A stretch of 64,000 bases of DNA from assembly GCA_001600815.1 (NCBI GenBank), contig BCKZ01000002.1, positions 1,496,294 to 1,560,293 of the forward strand. The letters are read 5' to 3'. The notes beneath the pieces were generated by a model. The model saw only the letters and a program-made list of their open reading frames with translations, had not been told where the DNA came from and ran no database searches. Below, piece by piece: positions 1 through 10,136 of the stretch (the first letter of the stretch is position 1; each line of letters begins with the position of its first letter). This DNA is from Alloascoidea hylecoeti. Its lineage: Eukaryota. Made by a program: the position numbers and the translations under genes.

Positions 1-52
1 AGTGATTTTTGCGGAACTTTTTATTCTTTCCAACTTTTTTTTAATACTAAAT

Positions 53-2767
53 TTATTCAAAAACCTCAAACGTGTCCAAAGGAATATTATCTGAAATTTC
101 AACATTTGATTGATTTCTAATTTTACCATTCACTCTTTTTACAACATTATCATCATCTTCAAATGCACCAATACCACTAACAGAATCAAACTCACTAAAA
201 CTACTAATCCCAGTATTTGTTCTTGAGTTTGCAGTCGAATGGGAACTCAATGAACCATTTGTACCTGTTCGTACAGGTGCATTTGGTACTGCAATGTTAG
301 TTCTTTGCGATTCTTGAAGTTCTAGAACAATATCAGCTAATTTTTCTTTACCGATATCAATAGCAGTTCTAGCAGATTGTTCTGCAATTCGCATCATTGG
401 ACCCCATAAATGTAAAGTATAGGTGATATAACCGCCAGCGCCGATTAGTATCAAAAAGGTAAAATATAAAGGATTACGTAAAACAGACATGAATTCATTC
501 CAACCTAAGAAGACAATCAGTATATAGATCCAGTAAGGAATTTGTGAAATTGATTGAATTGTGGACCTCTTTGCTTCTATATAATTTGCATCTGATTGTT
601 TTTTAAAGCTTGCTTTAATTTTTGAAATTTGATAATCAGTCACTATATGAGAGAATGATTTTTCTTCTTCTTCCTCTTCATCGTCTGATTCAATAGCAGC
701 CTTCTTAGTATTTAATTCATTATCATCTTTAGCAAAAATATCAATAGTTGGTTCTAATTGATTACCATTCGATAATTTTGCAACTGACAAAATATCCAGA
801 ACTTTTAATGCTTCATCTTTTGCTTTACAGAATGGAGTATCTAAATCATCATTTTGTTTCCAAATTCGTGGTAAACCTTCTTCATCATATCTAAATAAAT
901 CTTCAAATTTATCCTTCATCAATGATAATATCGAATCTTCATTTAATGTTGTCCTTATAATATTATAAGATAATTTCCAAATCTGTTTTTGAATAGTTTC
1001 AATAGCCCGATCGGTTTCAACTGAATTTGCACCAACACCCAAATCATATTCTCCATCATCATTTAAGAATTTAGACAACAATCTTGTTAATGTTGTATTT
1101 ATGGATGCATTTACTTCATCCCAAGTTGCTGAAGATGGATTTGTTAAACTTCCTAAGATTTTATCCTTTAGCATTGATCTCACTGATTTAATTGATTTTG
1201 TAACAACCACTTCATTGATTTCCTTAACTCTTCTTTCATTTATATTATCTTCTAATAGTTTACTAAATTCTTGTAATTCTTCAATACAATTATAAACTTC
1301 ATCGTCAACGGATGCTTCATTTGCAGTAGATATGAAATAGTCTGAAGCTAAATGAGAAGCTTTAGTTAATCTATCCAGGAAACGAACACCTATATTTTCA
1401 ACAGAATCAATATGAGAATGAAATAAATCAATTGATGCTTTAATTAATAATGCCAACTGATTTTTATAAATTACTTTCAATTTATTATCAATTTTATTTA
1501 ATAACTCAGTTCTTTTATCATTATAAACTGATTTATTATAACGAGATGCTTCAATATCATAATCATTAAGAGCACCATCGCGTAAATTACGTAAAATATC
1601 ACCAAGATCTTGAATAATTAATGAATCTTTTGAATCCAATCCTTCATTTTTAAAATTAACTTCAAATTTACTAAAAGCATCATTTGAAATTTCATCACAT
1701 CTAAATCTTGCAACTAAAATTTGTTGGGTTGGTAAATCCAGATCTTTATTTAATTCGATTTGTTCCCAAACCTGTTCAGCATACATTCCCCAACCATCGA
1801 TTGGAACATTTCGATGATAATTTGGTTGGAAGACATAACCTTCATCTTCAACTTCAATAAATCTATCAGCTAATACATCAACAGAAGCATCAAATTCCTT
1901 AGGTTGTAAGATTTTATGGGGTAAAGTTTCAAATTGCAAGTCAAAAAAATCAGTTAATTGAACATTTTCAAGACCTTTTGGCTTATTTAATGTTTTCCAA
2001 ATTTCATTTAAGCCAGATTCCAAGTTTGCAGCCAAATTCTCTAACGGAGTCATGCCAATGAAATCTCTAATGACAAATAATAATAAACTTTTTGGACTAT
2101 TATCATTATGGAAAAGAGTTAAATTGACTTCAAAAACAGTTTTCAATAACCCCATATTAGCACCTTGATATAAACCAACTTGATTTTCCCAAACGTTGAC
2201 AATTAAAACCTCAGAGGTTGCCAAGGCGAATAAAGCAGCTTTTCTTTCAAAATCTTGATCTTCACCTCTTTCTCTGCCATCAGTACCTTCAACGTCCATA
2301 ACCATTATACGCTGTTGACCCAAAGAGTTTATCTTCGCTAGCCAAATACCCTTTGTTGTTTGGCTTCTACGTTTTTGGTCCATAACGGCAAATTTTGTAT
2401 TGAAAAGAGCGTTGAGCAAAGTAGATTTACCAGTTGATTGAGAGCCAAAAACGGAGATAACGTGATAATCTAAACCAACTTTACTGATGCTACCAGTACT
2501 TACAAATCTTGATAAAGCCGGGTTGAACCTTTTGTTCTCGTCAATTATTTGAATAGTAGAGGACATTTGCTTTTGAGGAAGATCAGCTGGATTTTGCTGA
2601 TATGAATCACGAAGGGATGACTGTAAAGAATGCTGGGGAGATAGGGGCTGAAGCTGGGACTGGTGTTGGAGAGACGGGGACTGGGGAGCCACGTAGGGAG
2701 AGGAAGATCTAGAGACAGCCTGCAGGGCATTGATGTCGTTTGCATTTAAGCCCATGGAGGTGAACAT
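53..2767 (-). CDS. SEY1: Atlastin-like ER fusion GTPase Sey1/RHD3
   Basis: P-loop GSQSTGKS, SQTTKGIW, DVEGTDGRERGEDQDFERK and a C-terminal hydrophobic hairpin. The ORF track starts at a GTG (2815); the first ATG is at 2767. Confidence 0.95.
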   Translation of the reverse strand: MFTSMGLNANDINALQAVSRSSSPYVAPQSPSLQHQSQLQPLSPQHSLQSSLRDSYQQNPADLPQKQMSSTIQIIDENKRFNPALSRFVSTGSISKVGLDYHVISVFGSQSTGKSTLLNALFNTKFAVMDQKRRSQTTKGIWLAKINSLGQQRIMVMDVEGTDGRERGEDQDFERKAALFALATSEVLIVNVWENQVGLYQGANMGLLKTVFEVNLTLFHNDNSPKSLLLFVIRDFIGMTPLENLAANLESGLNEIWKTLNKPKGLENVQLTDFFDLQFETLPHKILQPKEFDASVDVLADRFIEVEDEGYVFQPNYHRNVPIDGWGMYAEQVWEQIELNKDLDLPTQQILVARFRCDEISNDAFSKFEVNFKNEGLDSKDSLIIQDLGDILRNLRDGALNDYDIEASRYNKSVYNDKRTELLNKIDNKLKVIYKNQLALLIKASIDLFHSHIDSVENIGVRFLDRLTKASHLASDYFISTANEASVDDEVYNCIEELQEFSKLLEDNINERRVKEINEVVVTKSIKSVRSMLKDKILGSLTNPSSATWDEVNASINTTLTRLLSKFLNDDGEYDLGVGANSVETDRAIETIQKQIWKLSYNIIRTTLNEDSILSLMKDKFEDLFRYDEEGLPRIWKQNDDLDTPFCKAKDEALKVLDILSVAKLSNGNQLEPTIDIFAKDDNELNTKKAAIESDDEEEEEEKSFSHIVTDYQISKIKASFKKQSDANYIEAKRSTIQSISQIPYWIYILIVFLGWNEFMSVLRNPLYFTFLILIGAGGYITYTLHLWGPMMRIAEQSARTAIDIGKEKLADIVLELQESQRTNIAVPNAPVRTGTNGSLSSHSTANSRTNTGISSFSEFDSVSGIGAFEDDDNVVKRVNGKIRNQSNVEISDNIPLDTFEVFE

Positions 2768-2832
2768 GGTAAATGGTGAAGGAGTAGTATTAGGAGAAGA
2801 AGAAATAGAGACCACGTCCCAAGCCCGTGTGG

Positions 2833-2840
2833 CCGGGTAA
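2833..2840 (+). promoter_or_regulatory. Reb1-type site CCGGGTAA between DDP1 and SEY1
   Basis: Exact match to the Reb1 consensus in the 144-bp gap between the tandem genes. Confidence 0.45.
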
Positions 2841-2911
2841 ATCTCGATATAATATAATTATATAGAATACACCGTAAATCCGTATACCCGTATACCCGTT
2901 TAAATATTCGA

Positions 2912-3480
2912 CTACGTCTCCGGACGAACCCGAACCCGAACCGAGGAACGTTTGACAGCCTCCATCAACTCTTTCCGGCCGGCCCTCTCAAGTTCAAACA
3001 AGGCTTCGTTGTAATCGCTCCATTTCCGTTGGCGTTTGTAGCTTTCGGGCCATTCATCTGCAACCTCCTTAACCTCCATCTCAAAAAAGTGGAACTCTGT
3101 TCTTGGTGGCCATCCATCTTCCCCAACCGGCCATTTTTTGGGCGGTCTCATGTCTTCAATTATACCCAGACTTTTGGTAATATTCCCCACAACTCCTGCT
3201 TCTTCCCATGTTTCTCTTTTAGCTGCTTTTTGATAATCATCCGATTCATCGGTTTCAATTCCACCCTTCGGAATGACCCATTGTCCTGGATGTGATTCCG
3301 ATGAGATCATTAATAATTTGGTCCTATCGCCGTTTAAAGATACCGTGCCAGCAACAAGTCTTGCCCCCGATTCAGCATAGGCTAATATATTAATGAGTGA
3401 TCACTTGTAATAATATAATATAATACCGTACCTTGATTTTCTCTTCCTTCTCTGGCGATTTTGGTCTTTTCGAATGGCAT
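2912..3480 (-). CDS. DDP1: Nudix diphosphoinositol-polyphosphate/Ap6A hydrolase, 2 exons (3480-3432, 3381-2912)
   Basis: Spliced N-terminus MPFEKTKIAREGRENQAYAESGARLVAG; 50-nt GTACGG...TAG intron; Nudix box GGIETDE...AAKRETWEEAGV. Confidence 0.92.
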
Positions 3481-3864
3481 TGAGATCTGTATACGCAATC
3501 AATCAGTTTACACAACTACAGGTACCGAATAATTATTAATTATGAATCATGTGGTCACGTGAGATAGCAGAACAAAGCATGAATGTTATATTCTAGATCT
3601 TATAATGATAGAAGGATATATGATTAATTTATTTGTATAGAATATCTATGATTTATCTCCTAATCATTAATCAATTGAAAACTAGTTTGGGTATATAAAA
3701 CGATCGATATCATGATATCGTAACGCTGGCACAAACAATAACGAAGCTTACAAGTATCTCTTTAAATATTCCTCTTTTTCTTTTTTTAAAAAACCGATAC
3801 TATTCACGATCAATAGTTATACGCGACATTTGTTCATCTAGGGACTTAAACCTAATGATATATA

Positions 3865-4033
3865 TAGTGATTCTACTTAATTTCGTCCATACTGATTTCT
3901 AAAGTTCGGATATCACTATAACTAAGTTTCGGGCACGAAATCAACCCATACCGGTAATAATGCAGCCGAAAATTGGTTATGAGGCTGACCGATCATTATT
4001 AGTCAAGATGGTCTAAATTAAGTAGAATAACTG
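3865..4033. mobile_element. MITE-like element with about 26-bp terminal inverted repeats
   Basis: Left end TAGTGATTCTACTTAATTTCGTCCAT; reverse complement of right end CAGTTATTCTACTTAATTTAGACCAT; non-coding; ends related to 26720-26973. Confidence 0.65.
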
Positions 4034-5011
4034 TCTACCTTTTTAAATTCAGCTTATTATTATATGATGGTATACGTATCACGTATTCTATTTGTATACA
4101 CAAGCTCAGTTAAAATAGGGCAAGTGAGACATCATAATTATACTAATGAAGTAATTGTATTTAAATTTAAAGGTCATAATTGGAAATTTAAAATTTAAAG
4201 AGACCTTCAATCCCAATTCTCCGGTTGTGAACTGTCAAATTTAGGGAAACTAAATAGGTAGTAAGTACAGATATACGTGTAGCTATTAATCTGGTCTTCC
4301 GAAGGAATGAATTATCACAATTTCAGTTAGTTGACACCAATCAGTAGTAATGTTGTAATTTTCAAGCTATAACTTTTACCTATGACTTTGGACACACTGT
4401 ATATTTAGAATATATACCATACAGCTGTGAATAATCAATTGAAGTTGCAAAGATTACACGATTTATAATTAATTAACACAATCTTTCAAATCATGCTGGA
4501 TATTATCTAGAATGGAAGGCATAGTTATAGAAACAGTATATACAGTATATATATATATTAATAGTAACCTTTGAAGAGAAAATAAATAAACTAAATACAC
4601 TTCAAGAACTTCTATAATTATAGCTAGAAAATATAATACTAAATACATAACATTCATAATATTTGTTAAAAGAATTTCATGTATCAATGACATAATACTA
4701 AAACAGGTAATATTGCATTTTTACATACCCCCCATAATTTCCAAGTTTACCCTATGCATGACGTTAGGTACATACCTGCATATAATTTGGTTTGTGTTTG
4801 TGTCAAATTAAACACATGAATATATTTGGCTATAAATACACAAACACTCTTCTATTTTTTATTTATTTATTTATTTATTTAATTTGCAGACATCCCACAA
4901 ACTCGAGATCTATTATTAATAAATTTTATAACATATTATTATAACAAATTAAATTCAAAAAAGAAAAGATATATCATAATATATAATTGCAAGATATATC
5001 ATACAGCTGAA

Positions 5012-5876
5012 ATGATTGAAGTTAACTATAATGATATTAATTCCTCAAATTCAAAATTCAGTAAATCTATACAGATTCCTTCAATTATACAAAATGAAAC
5101 AGATCACGAAGAAATCAATCAATCAGATCTTAACATTAAGATGATTTGTAAAGATTGTAAAATATCTCCCCCTTGTTTCGTTGATAGATTTAGTGATGGC
5201 GATGTTGTATGCGCTTTTTGTGGGCTTGTTGTTTGCAATGGGGGAATTTATGGTTATTCTTATCAAAATGAATTTGAAGAACTTGAAAATAATCATCATA
5301 AAATTGATGAAGATTTTATTTCTAAATCTATTGATGGATCTATATTAGATGCTAGATCAAATTTTCTTGATCTATATGACAATTGTGGGATTACAAATGA
5401 TGGTGATGATGATGATAACAATGACGATGAGGATGAGATCCAGAAACTTAAAAGATACACAAATTCCTCGGGATCAGAGTCAATTTCAATTGTTAATGAT
5501 CATGATGATCAACTAAAAGTAAGAAATTGTCTTCTTTAAATTGTAGTCAGTGTTGAATATTAAGCGCTGTGACTATAGTCTATGTGTGATCCGCTTATTG
5601 CAGACCATGAAATTAAACATACTAACGCCAATATTTTTTTTCAAATAGGAACCTCAAAATGATAATGATATTGAACTTGAGGAACTTAATAAAACACAAA
5701 TAAAACCTGCTACAAACTTAGGCCTAAAATCAAAACTCCATGGGATATCAGCTTTATTGAGTAAGAAGTTTTTAATTCCTTCGAAGTCTAAAAGGAATAA
5801 AATCTCCAAAGAAGATGATGGTTATTTACATGGATTAAGACTTAAAAAATCTGGATTGGTAGGTGTTAATAGTTAG
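5012..5876 (+). CDS. TFIIB zinc-ribbon-only protein, about 244 aa, 2 exons (5012-5518, 5649-5876)
   Basis: [36 protein letters not shown] matches the Sua7/TFIIB ribbon. Intron GTAAGA...TACTAAC...TAG keeps the frame into a 75-residue exon 2. No cyclin repeats. Confidence 0.75.
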
Positions 5877-8789
5877 AGTTCGAGAAACTTTATATTGGAT
5901 AATGAGTTGGATGCTTGAATGAATTATGAGTTAGAATTATTTACTATGTTTAGAGAGCTTGGGCAACGTTGACACTCAATGGTTATATAATATATGGTAT
6001 AATATTGCTTAGCGCTTATGATCTTAGGCATTATTAGCCGATAAAAATTGTTTATTTTTATGTTATAATTAAAATTTCCCTATATAATTAGTTCCCAAAA
6101 TCATTGGAGTGTATTAGATATTCGTATACAAGCTGTAACTTCATGAGATGTTGTAAAATCTGTCTTGTAACTTGTATACACATTTTTTTTATATTCTTGA
6201 ATTTTTATTGTGCTTTATAGTGACATGATTTCAATTAACCTCGATCCAAACAAATGATATCAATATGGGGAAACCAAATAATGTGATTTTGTAAGATGAA
6301 TTCCCTGTTTCAATAATATATCTTCGCGTTTATAGATCTATAAGATATGATTGTCGTGATTTGAGTGCTTTTATTTCCCCAAATTGCATCATTATAAGGC
6401 TTAAAGTTTATTTTAAGATTTGATGAAAATATATAAGTTATTTTGATTACTGAAGGATTATGCTCTATCTAAATCTTGATCTTAGAAAATAGCATATAAT
6501 TGAAAGAAAAAGTAATTACAGCACATACTTTATGCATACAATTTATTACAATTATCTGGAAAGATGATGAATGAAGAGGATCAGATCCTAAAAGAATAAT
6601 TAAATAAGTAAATTTCCATGTGTAGCTACATAATTATAGAGAATTCATTCAATATTTTCACTTATAAATTCTACCTCTAAGCTCCCAATTTCAAATTTGA
6701 TTTTTCAAGATTTTCTTTATAGAAGGAGGACCTATTAGGGTTCTTTTAAAGAAATATCAACTAGTTATAAAACTAAAAACTTAAGAAAGAAAAACCATTT
6801 ATATAATCAAAAATGATTAACCCTGAATTCAGTTAGACTTGAGCTAAAATATCAAGGGATAACAGTTACTGTGAGGTAAGCAAACTTCCATATCCTCTGC
6901 TGAAATACTGTATGCATCGTATCAATGTTAGAGCTTAAATTTAAATTTACTTCCTATATTTGCTGAGATTTTAGTGGATCTGCAATTGAAGTATGCTTTA
7001 TTAGGTTTCGGAATATCCTGTATGCTTAAAATTACTTCTAGTTCAAATTGATAACCCAATGAAATAACTGGCTACGATAATTAAAGAAATAGATAAGAGT
7101 ACTATCAGAATGTTGTATGTAAGAAAAAAGGGATTTCTTGATTTTCAGTTTAGGGAGCTAATATGTATAACATATGCACGTTAAATAATCATTTCGAATA
7201 AACTTAAACAAAAATCATAATTATAAAAACAAATTCACGATTTCTTGTCGATTGCTTTTGAATATACATCCAACATAATATAAAGGATTTCATGAGATTT
7301 TGGTAATTCCTTATTCTTTCGTAGCCAAATTATAATTATAACCAGGTATTAAATACGAGGAGTGTTGAATTCAGGTTGGGAGGAGGGTAAGATGTCAGCG
7401 GAGAAGACAGGCTAGCTTGAAATTGGGAAGACACAGCTTGGGGAGTGGAAGGATGAAATGAGGAACTGGCGTACTTTTTGCAGGGGGGTTTGCTAAAGTT
7501 GTTACATGTAGATATTTGAGTGAGAATTTTGGAACAATAATCAAGTTTTTGGCAAAAAATGGTAAATAAATGAAGGAAATATGGAACACGAGATATTTAT
7601 ACATAATAAATAATTTTGCAATAGGGAAGCCCAATATTAATATGTTTTCAGAAGCATAATATACACAAAAACAACGCTAGTTCGAGAAAGTTCTAGATTT
7701 AATTCTAGTATTATAATGAAGAACTTCAACTTCAACTGTATAACCTTATAAGGCCTACTCATAATACATAAATACTGGTATTTATATTAATGGCATAATT
7801 TTATCAATAAAAGACAGATGGCAACTGAACAAGCTTTCCAAAATCAAAATAAATAAGTTGGAGATGATATGACATCTTGGAGTTCAGAGTATACCACATA
7901 TCCCATCAAACCTTAAATTAATGACTGTCGTTCATATTTTATATTTAATAAACGAGAATTCCCCTTTTTTTTCAAATCATTGTTCTTTTAACTTATTAAA
8001 AAAAATTACTATTACTATGTTACAGATTATTTTCAAAGCCAAATAATCCCCTGTGGCTGCATCTACATTTTATTCTAATATTAATTCTGATGAAGATGAT
8101 TCACAATCTCCTGTAACTCTGTCCATGCTGAGCTCAGCTCTAAAAGTATGTCCGAAAATATTTTGAAATCAATAAAATATATTGCAGCTGATGAGAAATT
8201 GCGCCATAGATGGTGTATCAAGAATATTCAAATTCCCCGCAAAAGAGTTATATTTTTTGATCAAATAAGTTTTATAGTTTTTGTTTATCTCTAATATATA
8301 TATTATACATCGAAATTGTTATTAATGTAATTCAAATACATATATGGTACGTAATGATCAACTTTACATCTTTAAGAATTGTATTTGACTCTCTCTCATT
8401 ATCTAAACTTAACAATTCGTATCAAGAGTGATACTCGGGAGAATACGAAACTAAACTATACTGATTAGTTTTTAGATTTACAATTATTTTCACAGTTGTA
8501 ATCTTAAACTCCAGAATCCAAAATTTGTGTTCTATAAGGTAGCTATAGTTATCGATATCTAATAACAAAGAAATTAGATAAATATAACTTCGAAAACCAA
8601 ATGTGATCCTTGGTTTACATATCAGAGTTATAATCCCATGAAACCATCTGGAGTAGGAACGTATAGTGATGACTTTTCAGCAAAGATGACAGTCTAATAT
8701 ATAATGTTACTTTTTTACCCAAATATTTTGTCGCGCGTTAGAATCGAACTCAGGTCAACTTTACATATAATTTCTAATAAAGATATTTA

Positions 8790-9160
8790 AATAATTTAAA
8801 TCTTCTAACTAAAAACTATTGAATTGAGGAAATCACTCAAAGAATATAAAACCCCACTTCTTCTTTATTTCTCTTTTGTTTTCTCTTTCTGTATTCTCAT
8901 ATTCATTGTATCTCTTTTTCTTATGATCATGTTATTTTATTTCTATTTTTATTTTTATTTATGGTGATCCTCCAAATTTGATGCTTCTTCTAACTTTCAG
9001 TACCTTTGAGATGAAGAGGCCTTTCTTTTTTATATTTTTTCCATCTCTATCTCTATTTATCATCAGATTTTTGATATCTATTGTTTCTAGTATTTTCTCT
9101 TTTAGTATTTTCACTGTATTACACTTTTCAAAAATATGATTAATATATTATTTTTCCCAA
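8790..9160 (-). mobile_element. Decayed 3' fragment of an L1-like non-LTR retrotransposon ORF2
   Basis: Minus strand reads YINHIFEKCNTVKILKEK...KVLKVRRSIKFGG, resembling the zf-RVT HxFxxC end and the IWxxRNxxxF motif. It then reads ...SDFLNSIVFS*, similar to the younger copies; stops and a frameshift are present. Confidence 0.55.
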
Positions 9161-9161
9161 A

Positions 9162-9317
9162 TTTTTTTTAACTTTTCATATATTTTCTAATTAGATTATA
9201 TAACTAGAAACTATGTAAATCCTGAGGAAATCTCCACTATATATAATGAAATAAAAACCTCTGTTTCTATTCTTCTTATTTTTGTGTGTTCTTGCCACTC
9301 TTCTTTCTTCTCTTATG
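9162..9317 (-). mobile_element. Poly(A)-tailed 5'-truncated retroposon fragment, copy 1, upstream of tRNA-Glu
   Basis: Near-identical to 48846-49007. Minus strand is open (IREERRVARTHKNKKNRNRGFYFIIYSGDFLRIYIVSSYII*), then a short UTR and an A-run. Confidence 0.7.
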
Positions 9318-9393
9318 AACCTAGACCACCAAAAGGTAGTAAGACAACATGAATATGTCCTATTTAATCACGTGAAGAGTCCTTCAGAAAATT

Positions 9394-9465
9394 TCCGATG
9401 TAGTGTAACGGCTAGCACGGTCCGCTTTCACCGGGCAGTTCGGGGTTCGATTCCCCGCATCGGAG
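9394..9465 (+). tRNA. tRNA-Glu (anticodon TTC)
   Basis: TCCGATGTAGTGTAACGG...CTTTCAC...GGTTCGATTCCCCGCATCGGAG; paired acceptor stem; T-rich terminator follows. Confidence 0.97.
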
Positions 9466-10136
9466 TTTCTTTTTGTTTTTTCCTGAACCCTTGAATGCCG
9501 AGTACGCCAAAAAGTGCTCTATTTTTTAATCTCCTATAAATTGATATAATTTATAATAAAATGACAAGGTATAAAAATAATGTGATGCTTAATAAGGCCT
9601 GGGAAGCTACTACACCAAGAAGTGTTTAAATTTCAAAACAAATTTTAAACGTTAACCATAGCTTGCACGCACTAACACACACGAAAGAAGAACTGAGTAC
9701 AGTGTAGCGGCTTATTTATATAGTAGATATAAATGTATAGGTAGATCAAGTGCTTGTAATAGGGTCAACTCCGGATATAGCTAGCGATCGGTAAAAGTGT
9801 GTCCAACAACAGGTGATCGATCAATTTACCAGCACTATTGGAAATTTATAATCAAATACAGCTAAGAGCCGACGTTCATATTAATTTTACATCTTAATAC
9901 TCACAGGATCCTGTTAGAAGTTAACAAATTATTACAAATTCTTTATAATTAATTAGTCAGATAACGTCCTACGTATCACGTGCATATTAGAATAAATGTG
10001 TTCTATTTTGTGAAGAAGTAACCTCCTGAATAACCCTCTTACTTATCAATTGCAATTGATCAATTGATTATTCCGTTCATATACTTCCATTTCAAGACTC
10101 AACTTAAAATTCTAATTGCAACTACTTTTAATTCTG

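Noticed and set aside
6000..8700. Gene-free stretch with short ORFs
   Set aside because: No recognisable domain or repeat structure that I could support.
9282..9494. 70-aa ORF, and likewise 49092-49286
   Set aside because: They overlap tRNA genes and are spurious.
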